Part shown: positions 1-10,300 of the stretch, one piece after another | How positions within the stretch are numbered: the stretch's first letter is position 1 | Layout of the letters: each line of letters begins with the position of its first letter | Program-made: the position numbers and the translations under genes | Notes under the pieces: generated by a model | The model's input: the letters and a program-made list of their open reading frames with translations, nothing else | Databases searched by the model: none | Told to the model about the DNA's origin: nothing | Source of the DNA: a virus | Lineage: Duplodnaviria > Caudoviricetes | Virus record (IMG/VR): IMGVR_UViG_3300021400_000056 | Location: 1-64,000 of that record | DNA: 64,000 bases | Strand: one strand, 5' to 3'

Positions 1-84
1 TTTTAATTGACGGATGCTTAGATCCATGACCCGCAATTGTAATATCTTTATCTGTAATTGTGATCGGCATGGTTTGGTTCTCCT

Positions 85-417
85 TTACGTATTATCTTTA
101 GCAACATTAAGACGCCATTCAAGTTCATCAACTCTCTTGTTTAAAATGTCGATTACGCTACCCTGCGGCGGATCAAATACAAGTCTGACTTTGCAGTAGA
201 TGTATTCCTTAACCGATTCGATGTCGCCCTCTTCCATGAATTCGTCCCAGGTTTCATTTGGTCCGGTAATCATGAAAGGATCATCAGGGCCAACACCCAT
301 CTGATTTAAGATCATGAATACCGAATTGATGTGCATAACAAGCTGTGGGTCAAATGGTGTGTATTCACTGGTTATTCCAAGGAGCAACTTAATGCTCGTG
401 AGTATACTGTCTGTCAT
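85..417 (-). CDS. Probable head-tail connector/adaptor protein
   Basis: 110 aa; SILTSIKLLLGI...FDPQLVMHIN...KVRLVFDPP...ELEWRL pattern resembles phage gp6-like adaptors; next to HNH and terminase-like genes. Confidence 0.55.
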   Translation of the reverse strand: MTDSILTSIKLLLGITSEYTPFDPQLVMHINSVFMILNQMGVGPDDPFMITGPNETWDEFMEEGDIESVKEYIYCKVRLVFDPPQGSVIDILNKRVDELEWRLNVAKDNT

Positions 418-432
418 TAGGTTGCATCCTTC

Positions 433-846
433 CTACCAGAGCGTAGTATCTCCGGGTTTTCTTTCTACTGAATCAGAGACTATTGTGTCTTCGTTTCCGT
501 AATGTATTGCATTGTGAGTTATGTGAGAAACTGTGATTAGATTATCTGGATCGAATAACTTTGGAGATCTGTTAATGATGTCTTCCTTTGTTATCGGATT
601 GATATGATGAACGATTAGTCGTCCAAATATAGGTCTATCAGAAATGCCGAGATCTTTGCCTTCATCTCGGAGAAGAACCTTACTTCTAACCTCTCTCCAC
701 TCAGGTGTATGATAGAAGTATTGGTGAAGCCACCTCTGAACTTCTGGATCGTCTTGCCCAGGAGAGCCATTTAGTTTGAGATAGCGGAATCGATCTCTAA
801 ACGACTTGATGTTTACAAGTTCGGAATAGCCTTTTACATCACTCAT
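433..846 (-). CDS. HNH endonuclease (packaging-associated)
   Basis: VHHINPI...DPDNLITVSHITHNAIH HNH motif; start placed at MSD, overlapping the upstream stop. Confidence 0.8.
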   Translation of the reverse strand: MSDVKGYSELVNIKSFRDRFRYLKLNGSPGQDDPEVQRWLHQYFYHTPEWREVRSKVLLRDEGKDLGISDRPIFGRLIVHHINPITKEDIINRSPKLFDPDNLITVSHITHNAIHYGNEDTIVSDSVERKPGDTTLW

Positions 847-1177
847 CGCTCTGGTTCCCACTATACAGCTTCATTGCATTAAGAGCGTTCTCGTATAGCT
901 CTTCAACTCTCTTTGCTGACTGCATTGCTTCTGTCTTAGCTGTAATAAGTTCCTTCTGACGCTCAAGAATCTCTTTCTCAATTCGCTCCTTTGTTGATCC
1001 GAGCCTCAAGAAGTGCACTGTTTCCTGTGAAGTTGCCGTTCCATCAAGCAACCGCTGCTCGACAAGGTCGTACGCCATGGAAATCAGCTGATTCTCCCTT
1101 GCCTCAGGTGTGAGCGCTGGTCGTCGCCTTCTCGTTTCAGCGGAAGTTGAGTTTTTCTTTGGTCTTCCCATAGACAT
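839..1177 (-). CDS. Putative terminase small subunit
   Basis: 112 aa basic, helical protein; first gene after the GC-rich putative end region and before HNH; GAGGAGG RBS. Call rests largely on position. Confidence 0.45.
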   Translation of the reverse strand: MSMGRPKKNSTSAETRRRRPALTPEARENQLISMAYDLVEQRLLDGTATSQETVHFLRLGSTKERIEKEILERQKELITAKTEAMQSAKRVEELYENALNAMKLYSGNQSDE

Positions 1178-1208
1178 TCCTCCTCTTCTGCCATAGTTTC
1201 AGACACTA

Positions 1209-1366
1209 TTTGACTAGTTTCCGTTAGGACATATATGGTTTAACCTGCTTTAGGAGGACTTTCATGGGCTGTAAACACAAACGAAAGGAGCAAAACTTTC
1301 ATGTAAAACCGCAGAATACGAATTTCACAAGTTAAAACACATATGCCCCAACGGAACATAGTCAAA
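1209..1366 (-). ncRNA. Long imperfect inverted repeat, candidate structured RNA or leader upstream of the packaging genes
   Basis: 1209-1244 pairs with 1331-1366 (~35 bp); several mismatches are G-U compatible on the - strand. Confidence 0.4.
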
Positions 1367-1382
1367 AATATCACTAAAAAAG

Positions 1383-1472
1383 CACCCCCGGAGCAATTTT
1401 AAAGACCGGCGCGATGCAGGGGTGGGGGGTATTTTTTCGCCACCCCCCGGGGGCCTATAAATCCTGCATCGG
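1383..1472. other. GC-rich palindromic region, putative genome end/cos region
   Basis: Runs CACCCCCGG, GGGGTGGGGGG, CCCCCCGGGGG and IR CGATGCAGG...CCTGCATCG in an AT-rich intergenic gap upstream of terS/HNH. Confidence 0.45.
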
Positions 1473-1559
1473 GTATGAAAAAAGAAATAGTTTTGAACGT
1501 TATGTCAGGCTAAACGCAACTAGTCGACGCCATCTGTTGCTATTAATCCCCACATTAAT

Positions 1560-1850
1560 TCAATAATCTATTCCTTCTTTCAGCTTATAAGGTTTCCATT
1601 TGCCATCTTTGTAGTCATCTTCGGTAACTTTTTTATAGATACCAAGAATGTTAAGCCTCAGAATCTCGTCCATGGCCCTATCGAACTCAGCTTCATACAT
1701 CTCTTCTGATAATTCAGATGAAACAATTGCGATTCGAGCTAAGTATTCGTTGGTATAGTAACCTTCGTCCTCATCATACCTTCTCCATTCATCGTACTGA
1801 GTGAATGGATTGAAAGGATTGTCAATCGTTGTTAACATGTAAGTCTTCAT
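1560..1850 (-). CDS. Phage hypothetical protein
   Basis: 96 aa ORF with AAGGAG RBS, directly downstream of the RNAP-like gene. Confidence 0.7.
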   Translation of the reverse strand: MKTYMLTTIDNPFNPFTQYDEWRRYDEDEGYYTNEYLARIAIVSSELSEEMYEAEFDRAMDEILRLNILGIYKKVTEDDYKDGKWKPYKLKEGIDY

Positions 1851-1877
1851 GATCGTCTTCTCTCCTTTACTCAGTAC

Positions 1878-4634
1878 TTAGTTCGATAGTTCCTTCGACA
1901 CGGTTGATGTGGACACCCCGAATCTTGAAGCAATCTCTTCGAGTGTGTAACCTCTATCATTCATTTGCTTTGCTACTCTTGCCTGCGAATCTGTCATGCC
2001 TCTTGATGTCTTAGGCATCGCCATCTTCTTAACAACTGTCATGTCTGCATTGTTTAGAATCTTGTTTAAGTTTGTTGAGCCAATGGCTCTATGCTGTATT
2101 GCTTCCCATTCACGTGGGGTAATCACAACAGATTCTTTGGATGCGCCATAAGTTGCTCTAGCTGTACGAAGAGCTTCGTTCTTTCTCTTCTTAAGCCAGT
2201 CTTTGTCTTTAGAATCTTCTGGATACTCGGCTATCTTCATTGATACAATCTTGTTTGCAAGAAGCTGAGCTTGTCTTTCTCTTGGCGCGTTCTCTTGTGC
2301 GATCTTGAGCTTTCGATTCAGAGATTCAACTTCGGGGGCGTATTTCTTAGCCGCCTCCGGGTCCCTCTTAGGATTATCGGTGGTGTAATACATTTTTCTT
2401 GCATCATTTGCTAATGATTTTAATCTATTTGCATATGTTGCATATTCTCTTTCCATAGGTGTGTTATAGTCTGATATGAGAGTCCTAGCATCATTTGTTT
2501 CTGCCATTTGTGTGGACTTCATTTTCCGATGCTGTTGCACACCATGTTCATCAATGTATGTATCACCCTTTTTTATTTCGTATTTCTTTTCTCCTGTGTA
2601 GGAGTCACTAGTTCGTTCTTCTTTTTTAGGAATAACTTCTTTTCTAGTGTCTACTCTAATATCGGATTTAGCTCTAGATAATAATGTTGCTGCACCACCA
2701 GTAGATCCATCTGATTGTCTCTGGTATTCTTTTCTAAGTCTATCTATTTCGCAATCTTTTCTTGCTTGTCGAAAATCAAGATCATGTTTTTCTGCGTCGA
2801 TAACAACCTGTGCATATTTTGCAGCAAGACCAATGTCCTGTAATTTTGCTCCGGTAATTGTCATATCTGTAACAAGGTTTGATACGACTCCCATTTCCCT
2901 TTGCTTATACTCAGATGACATTTTCTTAGGGAGTTTCTCTCCAGCCGCTTCTCTTTCTTCTCGATTTTTTATTGCGTATGAAGTCTTAGGATCGAATATT
3001 TCTCCAGTCACAGGATCCTTTAGAGCAGCAGGGCGATCTGATGTTCTTATCTTTACATTTCCTCCAGTAGGAATAACAAGAACTGTATCGCCATCGAAAT
3101 CCGCTCCAGATAATTTCTCTGCAGTATGACTGTTTATTCCAACAGCATCTGCCGCATTATGCATAACACCTTTTGCTTCTTTATTTGTGTTATTTACTTT
3201 AAGAATTGGAATTTCAAATGTTCCCTGATGAGGATATCGGACAAGCGCTACCATTTCTCCCTGTTTATATCCAGGAGCGTAAATTTCTGTATCCTTTAAA
3301 GAAGGAATTGGAAGAATAACTTTTGACTGCTGCCTCGGAAGAGCGGCCGCTTTAAGATGAACGGCTGTTGAATCACAATCACTGGCAAATTCTTCTAATA
3401 ATTTCTTTTTAACTACAGGATTTGTAAGCGAATTTATTTCGTCTAGCTCGCTCTTTTTAATATCGTATGATAAATTTAACTGTCTTTTCGCTAACTGAAG
3501 AGGCTGTTTAGATAACATCTGCGACGCAAGTGTTCTAGACCATTCTCCCCAGTCGCCTTCTTCATTTACAACATTTATAGGAGAGACGTGTTCTTTTCCA
3601 TCTTTTCCTATATATGTTCTCGGCACACGTTTTAATTCTTCTTCAGATTTAATACTTGCTCCAAACGGATTATCTTTATCATCCTTCATTGGTTTCAGTA
3701 CTTTTTCGAATGGTGTACCAATAGATTTATTCGTGTTAAATATCACATCGTATCCATCGGGAACATTATCGGAATACATTGCCATACCTTTCAGATACAG
3801 CTTATCATCAACTCCAATTCTAACCTGAGCGTACTTTGCATTACCAAGATTTAAGTCTTCAAGGCCTCTCCTAATCTCGATAACTCCATCTTTTCCGAGT
3901 CCACCTTCTTCGCCATATCTAATCATAACTCTATCAGAGCTAATACTTTCAACAGGCGGCAATGATTTCTTCATCATAAACTCGGAGGGGTCTTTTTCGT
4001 GATCGATTACGGTTCTGATTTTATCAGTATTCTTAATAACATCTTTCCATTCAGTTCCAGGAGGGGCAAGAACCTGAACAGTCGTTTTTTGACCATTTTT
4101 TGTTCCTTGCTGATCTACCTGAATATTGTGAACTGTGTATCCTTCGTCCTTCAGAATATCAACGGCCATCTTTTTTCGGTTTTCGTTAACACCGAGATCG
4201 ATTTCTGTTCCAGAACCAATATCGATAAATCCTTTTTCGTCAACCGCATTCTTCAAAATATCAGCAATCCTACGGTTTTCGTCTCTTCGTCCAAGAGCCT
4301 CTTCTCGACCCATCTTTCGCCACTGTCTAACGGTTCCCTCTGTAACGCCAAGCCGCTCAGCAATATGTACGTTCGACTTTCCGTCGTCCATCATATTAAA
4401 GGCGCTTTCCATATTCTCTTTTTTAATTTCGTTCTTTGCGTTATAGACTCTTGCTTTAAGTTCGCTTGCGGATTTCATTCCAAAGCCTTTAGCAATATCG
4501 GCGTCGCTGAAGCCTTGAGCTTTTAGCTCGTTGTACCGTGTAAGAATATTCTTGTTTCTTTGTGGATTTTTACCTGATCCCCATGGATATCTTCCAGAAT
4601 GTCTGGGAGTACCGTAATGCATTAAGTCGCTCAT
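1878..4634 (-). CDS. Single-chain double-psi beta-barrel RNA polymerase (YonO/RdRP-like) with HTH domains
   Basis: Catalytic-type LSGADFDGD motif preceded by VRYP; HTH near the N-terminus (HIAERLGVTEGTVRQW) and at the C-terminus (EEIASRFGVSTSTV). Confidence 0.75.
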   Translation of the reverse strand: MSDLMHYGTPRHSGRYPWGSGKNPQRNKNILTRYNELKAQGFSDADIAKGFGMKSASELKARVYNAKNEIKKENMESAFNMMDDGKSNVHIAERLGVTEGTVRQWRKMGREEALGRRDENRRIADILKNAVDEKGFIDIGSGTEIDLGVNENRKKMAVDILKDEGYTVHNIQVDQQGTKNGQKTTVQVLAPPGTEWKDVIKNTDKIRTVIDHEKDPSEFMMKKSLPPVESISSDRVMIRYGEEGGLGKDGVIEIRRGLEDLNLGNAKYAQVRIGVDDKLYLKGMAMYSDNVPDGYDVIFNTNKSIGTPFEKVLKPMKDDKDNPFGASIKSEEELKRVPRTYIGKDGKEHVSPINVVNEEGDWGEWSRTLASQMLSKQPLQLAKRQLNLSYDIKKSELDEINSLTNPVVKKKLLEEFASDCDSTAVHLKAAALPRQQSKVILPIPSLKDTEIYAPGYKQGEMVALVRYPHQGTFEIPILKVNNTNKEAKGVMHNAADAVGINSHTAEKLSGADFDGDTVLVIPTGGNVKIRTSDRPAALKDPVTGEIFDPKTSYAIKNREEREAAGEKLPKKMSSEYKQREMGVVSNLVTDMTITGAKLQDIGLAAKYAQVVIDAEKHDLDFRQARKDCEIDRLRKEYQRQSDGSTGGAATLLSRAKSDIRVDTRKEVIPKKEERTSDSYTGEKKYEIKKGDTYIDEHGVQQHRKMKSTQMAETNDARTLISDYNTPMEREYATYANRLKSLANDARKMYYTTDNPKRDPEAAKKYAPEVESLNRKLKIAQENAPRERQAQLLANKIVSMKIAEYPEDSKDKDWLKKRKNEALRTARATYGASKESVVITPREWEAIQHRAIGSTNLNKILNNADMTVVKKMAMPKTSRGMTDSQARVAKQMNDRGYTLEEIASRFGVSTSTVSKELSN

Positions 4635-4635
4635 A

Positions 4636-5199
4636 TCAGATCTCTCCTGCTTTTAGCTTGTTCAAAATATCATCAAAGTGAATGATCCTAGCAATAATAT
4701 CTTCAATGAGCTCCGGTTCGGGACTTCCGATAAGGACCTCATCATTCTGGTAAATCCTAAGTTCACTATCAATGTTCTTAGGTTTAAAATCGTACTCTAA
4801 ACAAAAAAGCGCCATATATATCTCGAGCTGATGCATTGATGCGGGTGTAACTCCCGTCTTAAGATCATGAATCCTCAAGAAATTATTTCTAAAGGAAATA
4901 GCATCAGCAGTACCGAAACAGTTCGGTGAGAAATATAATGGCTGCTCAGGTTCCATCTTAAAACCAATCGCGTCGTTAACAAATGAGTTCAACGTCTTTT
5001 TGCTCTTAGGCAATTTCTGTCCAAGCTCAATGCATCTTCTTGCAAAGTCATGAAGCTTGGTCCCCATCAACGTGGCCTGCGAATTGTTATAGACCGCGAT
5101 AAGTCTTTCGTCATCATAGTTAAGCCAATTGTATTTGCTGGCTCCTAAAAATGCGTGAGCGCCCTCTGGCACTTCACGATAATGCTTGTTCCAAATCAT
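4636..5199 (-). CDS. PD-(D/E)XK / Cas4-like exonuclease (DUF2800-like)
   Basis: HAFLGAS, GTKLH, FGTAD, IHDLKTG, QLEIY motifs; start at MIWNKH after GGAGG. Confidence 0.75.
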   Translation of the reverse strand: MIWNKHYREVPEGAHAFLGASKYNWLNYDDERLIAVYNNSQATLMGTKLHDFARRCIELGQKLPKSKKTLNSFVNDAIGFKMEPEQPLYFSPNCFGTADAISFRNNFLRIHDLKTGVTPASMHQLEIYMALFCLEYDFKPKNIDSELRIYQNDEVLIGSPEPELIEDIIARIIHFDDILNKLKAGEI

Positions 5200-5461
5200 G
5201 TAAAACATCCTCCTTGTTTTCTGGAAAAATAAAAGCCGAGAAAGACATATCATTCATCTTCTCGACATAATAATCCTGATTAGGACGATGCTTAGCTTTT
5301 TTTGATCTTTTGACTTCCAGACTCGCCCATTTGTCATTATGCAATATGAGCAAATCCGGAACTCCCTGAATATAACTTGCGTCGTTCTTTAACACCATAC
5401 ATCCAGGGAATCTCGTCTTAAGCTCCTTTATTAATTTAGACTGAAAATCGCTTTCTACCAT
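5174..5461 (-). CDS. VRR-NUC domain nuclease
   Basis: ESDFQ...GVPDL...LEVK...PNQ motif. Confidence 0.8.
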   Translation of the reverse strand: MVESDFQSKLIKELKTRFPGCMVLKNDASYIQGVPDLLILHNDKWASLEVKRSKKAKHRPNQDYYVEKMNDMSFSAFIFPENKEDVLHDLEQALS

Positions 5462-5552
5462 AATGTCAACCTCCAGTCCAAAAAAATAGAGACAGAAAAT
5501 TTTACGTATTCTCCCTCTCTCTATTAAAGGAAAGGATTTTTTTACGAATTTG

Positions 5553-6794
5553 CTAAGCCCCTAAAAATGCTTTTTCGTTGAAGTTCCTTTTCTCACGCAA
5601 TGCTCTTAGAATCGCAATATCGATTGGCGCATTGCATCTAATGTGGTAATAGTATAGATCTTTGTATTTTGTGTTTAGTCTATCGATCCTTCCTTCTGCT
5701 TGAGCAGTTAGTCTGTAAGAATAATTCTGCGAGTAGAATATCATTGTATCGGTAGTTGTACAGTTCCAGCCTTCAGCTCCTGCCATGTACTGAACGAAGT
5801 ACAACCAACGATCTCCAGTTGGAACATTTTCATGTCGTTGGCCATTCCATTCACGAGACTCTACATCTTTCCGTTTTGCAAGATCTCTAAGCATAGTAAG
5901 CTCATAATCGAAATTGTAGAATATAATGATACGAGGATGACGATCAACGATTTCTGAAACGGCCATTAATCGTCTCTCATCAGAGTTAATAACTTTTCGC
6001 ATCAAATAGCATAATTTCCCGGTTTCTTGAATTGGCTCATTTTCGAAAATGTCCCATCTGTCTATTGCAACTTTCTTATATGACGGTCTATCATATTCAA
6101 CAATAGTCGTAATATGATGTGGTATAGTTTGCTTTTCAAAACGCATATTAACCATTATCCGGTTTCTTAATTGAATAAGTCGACCTGTGTTAACATAATG
6201 GTCAATCTCTGGATACTTCTTATAGGTCTTAAATATAACATGTGTCTGATTGAAGTCCGTACGGTTTCTATAAAAGCCGTTGGCTATAAAAACCGGGATG
6301 TAGTCAGACCATGTGTCTCCAGGAGTAGCACTAAGAAGAATCCATTGATTACGCCTGGCAATCGTAAGGAACGCTTTAACCCATGCTCCCTTTCCTACGA
6401 CTCTTTGCTCGTCAAAAATAAAGAATGCTCCAAATACGTTCTTATACTTTTTGATGTTATTCCAAGAATCAATTGTTACGTTCACATGAGAAGTGCTATT
6501 CTCCGGAAGTGGCTTGCCATTCTCATCTGCAAATATAACGAATGGAAGACATTCCGCTTGCCATTCAAGAGTGTCTCTCTTCTTAGCGGTTGTAATGATG
6601 TAAAGATCCCGAGGAGACGTCATATCTCCCCAGGACCCTTTGCCATTGATAGCAATACTTCCACCACAGACTTTGATGAAGTAATAGGCAAGAGCCGTTC
6701 TACTCTTACCAGTACCGACACCGCCACATAATATTGCACCATTCTTCAGCTGCTCAACAGCTTTTATTTGGTGGTCGTATAAATCAATATTCAT
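5553..6794 (-). CDS. SF2 (SNF2-like) DNA helicase
   Basis: LYDHQ Q-motif, GVGTGKS Walker A, FDE, SAT, QAEGRIDR motif VI. Confidence 0.85.
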   Translation of the reverse strand: MNIDLYDHQIKAVEQLKNGAILCGGVGTGKSRTALAYYFIKVCGGSIAINGKGSWGDMTSPRDLYIITTAKKRDTLEWQAECLPFVIFADENGKPLPENSTSHVNVTIDSWNNIKKYKNVFGAFFIFDEQRVVGKGAWVKAFLTIARRNQWILLSATPGDTWSDYIPVFIANGFYRNRTDFNQTHVIFKTYKKYPEIDHYVNTGRLIQLRNRIMVNMRFEKQTIPHHITTIVEYDRPSYKKVAIDRWDIFENEPIQETGKLCYLMRKVINSDERRLMAVSEIVDRHPRIIIFYNFDYELTMLRDLAKRKDVESREWNGQRHENVPTGDRWLYFVQYMAGAEGWNCTTTDTMIFYSQNYSYRLTAQAEGRIDRLNTKYKDLYYYHIRCNAPIDIAILRALREKRNFNEKAFLGA

Positions 6795-6796
6795 GA

Positions 6797-7291
6797 TTAT
6801 TTAAACGGAACTTCTTCTTCCTCTTCTTCGATTCCGAGATCGTCAGCGTATGGAATATCACGATACTTCGATTCAAGAGTATCATCTCTCAGAGTGACCC
6901 AAAGACTCTTAAGATACGGCTTTACTCCTGTCTTTCCGTTAATATCGTAATTATAGGGGCGGATCTGAAGATCAACATTATCCATGTAGGCCCAATCAAG
7001 AATGTTAACATTACTCTCATCAAGATTCTTCTTAACGCCACCAGATATAATCACAATCTGTGGTGAAACCTTTCCAAAGCTGACCTTTACACGAAGAATG
7101 GCAGTTCTCTCTTCTTCCTCATTTCTGGGTTCAAGATACTTCACAGGCCATCCATCGGCTTCCAGCTTCACAGCAAGATCCGGCTCAATAACAACACTAA
7201 ATGTGCGGTCGTTATTATAGCGGTTCTTTTCTCCAGAAAAGTCTCTAAACAAAATCCTTGCGCCTTCGATTGTAATATTGTTGCGTACCAT
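6797..7291 (-). CDS. ssb: Single-stranded DNA-binding protein
   Basis: 164 aa with acidic tail ending EEEEEEVPFK; lies between polymerase and helicase. Confidence 0.7.
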   Translation of the reverse strand: MVRNNITIEGARILFRDFSGEKNRYNNDRTFSVVIEPDLAVKLEADGWPVKYLEPRNEEEERTAILRVKVSFGKVSPQIVIISGGVKKNLDESNVNILDWAYMDNVDLQIRPYNYDINGKTGVKPYLKSLWVTLRDDTLESKYRDIPYADDLGIEEEEEEVPFK

Positions 7292-7312
7292 AAATATAAC
7301 TCCTTTCGCTTT

Positions 7313-10300
7313 TTAGAATGGTATCTCTTCTTCAGTTACGTAATCAGGTATGTTCATGAAATTAAGTGGAACATCTGATTCTTTTACAGGTGGAACCGGA
7401 TCATCAGAAACGAACCATTCTGAATCTCCATACTTTGAAATATCATTTAACGCTTCATCGACTAGAACCTTATAATACGAATGATCAATGTCATCCCATT
7501 TATCAAGGGTCTTTACAGTTTCTGATTCCAACCATCGATAAACGCCCTCTTCGCCACTCTTCTTATCAAATGACTCTTTTTTAGTTCCTGCGACTGCATA
7601 ATATTTTCCGCCACTCTCTCTAAGCAGCACTCCGCCACCGCATCCGCTCTTTATAGGACAGAACTGTCCAACTTTACCGATAAACACATAATCATGTTCA
7701 TCATCGCCGAGTTTCTCGTTCATATCCAAATATAATCCGAGACCCTTTGACACAGACTTGGTTTCGCAGACATCGTCATGTTCGATCTTCTCTTTACTAA
7801 AGAGTGTTTTAAACACATAAGGAACCTGAAACTGTGTTCCGGTTGCCGTCCATTCACCATCATGCTTACCGCCTTTGTATTTGGCAATATAAACGGCATC
7901 ATTAACCAAACACATCTTTTCGTAAGTTGCCTCATGTTCAAATGTGTAGCCGTATTTCTTGCCATATTCCATAACAAAATCAATAATCCTTGAATCTGCA
8001 TTTGGAATCTTGATACTATCGGTCTTAATATGCGCTACCGTATACCCTAGCTTTTGTACCTCATGTTTAAGATTCACCATGAATAACGCGCCACGCTTAG
8101 CAACGATATTATCGACATTTCTTGGATCACGAAGTTTATTGTCGAATTTAGCAGCGGTAAGTCCATATACACTATTGATCGCTATTTTAAGGGCATAAGC
8201 AAGCGAATCTGCCTGAGAATCATCCGTCAAATACTTAGCCAGCTTTCTGTCAAATAATTCCCCAGCTTTATCGTACTCTCTATGCTTAATATAAATTCTC
8301 GCATTAACAAGCTGCTTGAAATTTTCAGTGTATGGACCAAAGATATTAAGAGCGATCGCTGAATGAGGATGCATAGATGCGATATCAAGAAGTGCAATAT
8401 TGGTGTACATACCTGGCTCAGCGTAGACATAGCCACCTTCGCCAACGGATTCGCCCATATATGTAGACTTATCTTCTTTCTTGGTTCCATCATAAATATA
8501 ACCAGGAAACATCTCGGATAGATCAGTGTAAACAAACTTATCCTGAGGTCTCTTATCATCTCCAACAATCAGTTTGGTTGTGTGAGAGTTGGTTGTATCG
8601 TTAATACTAAGACCAGAAATATCAGCTAGGATCTCTCGTGCAACAAAGTCTTGGTATCTCGCCTCGAATACAGCTTCAGTAGCGACGACATCGTTAACAC
8701 AATAGTCAGCAACTTTTGTCCATAATTCTTCTGGTACCTCTTGGTCCCAAGGAAGTCCGAGTTCCTGATGGTGTATTCCAAGCTCAATCTCCCATTTCTT
8801 AAGAGACTGTTTCTTGGAAGCGTAATCGTAAATATCGCTGTACGACAGGTTATATGCTTCTCTAAAGAAACAGCTTCTATCCATCTTTTCATTACTGATT
8901 ATGCCCTGTGAAATCTCATAGATCCTCTTATTGGAATAGCCAAGAGAAGCGGCATAAATAATATGATTATCGTACCGTCTATTATTAAAACCAATAAGCC
9001 TCATCCTAAACAATTTCTTTACTTCTTCTGGAGATGGATTAATCATACGTACAGTGGCGTTACGATCACTTCCTCGATCTTTCCAACAAATAATAAGAAG
9101 ATTAGGAAATACTTCAACGTCAAAGAATATAATTGGCGCTTCACTTCCATACAGCTCATCGCTTGCTGCACTACTCCCTTCCTCTGATCGGAAATGCATT
9201 TTAGCAACAAGGTCGACACATCTGCTAGCCTGATGGGTTGAATGCATTGCAAAAGTTAAGACGGCCGGTCTTAGATCACTAACGTCATAAGGCAAGCCGT
9301 CTTTATAAGCATCTTCCAAAATCTTAAATATAAAGTCTACGCTCGGCGCTGTCGCTCCGTGATACTCTTTATTAAGATTTCGTATAATCATTGTCCGTAA
9401 AGCCCTCTCAGACTTAACGGTTTCAAAGTTTACCACGTTTTTTGCTCCTTTCAATGGTAAGCCCGAATTAATAGTTGCAATTGGAATATCATTACAGTAA
9501 CTAAGAGCTCTTCTTAACGAGCTATAGCCTCTTGTACCGTCTGACTTCTTAAAGACCTTGATCTCTATGTTTTCCTCATAGATCCTGCTAAGCTGTAACA
9601 CGTCCCCTTCATAAAAATAATGCAGATGTATTCCACCTCCAGACTTGGAAAACTCTGCATATGTTGGCGGCCACTTACTAGCAGCTTTTAAATTTGCTTC
9701 TGGATCTTTGTTTCCTTCTGCATCTCTTAGATCGAAATCAATGACTATGAGATTTTCCGGAACCAAAATATAATGCAGCTTATGGGTATCGATGTCTTTA
9801 AGTTTACTTCTAACGTTACTCCACTTAACTGATGGTGTCTCCTCTTCGCTTGCAAGCTGAGCTCGGCATTCAGCATATTCCCTATCAAATAGAGATTCTG
9901 TCTTATCAAGTTTAAGCCATGTATCACCTGCCGCTTCTTCACCAGGATCCTCATTAGAAATATAACTTCCGTCGTACTCCTCGTCACTGGAGCTCTCATA
10001 GCTAAACTTGTCTTTCCTGAACCCCATGTACACTTTATACTTACCCTTATACCGCTCTCTGAAGTCAGTGTAATAATTCTTAAGCTCCTCTTTAAATACT
10101 CTTCTTGTAAACGGATACTGAAGGTTAGCATCTACGGCGTACTTCTTATACTCGCTCCATGCAGCATCAAGTGTAACTCCTTCCTCATCAGAGAAAATAT
10201 CATAGTTGTCCTCAATGAAGTTGTAGAAGTCGTTTGTAGCAGAAATCATTGAGTTTGGTTTATACCGGTTATAATACCTCGGCCCCATCTCCTCGTACTT

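Noticed and set aside
1878-4634. Calling the 918-aa protein just an HTH regulator or a transposase
   Set aside because: The size, the central DFDGD and RYP motifs, and the lack of DDE motifs or terminal repeats fit a polymerase better.
4636-5199. Cas4-like nuclease as the adaptation module of the array system
   Set aside because: It lies 15 kb away in a standard phage replication/recombination module, where such nucleases are common; no evidence links it to the arrays.
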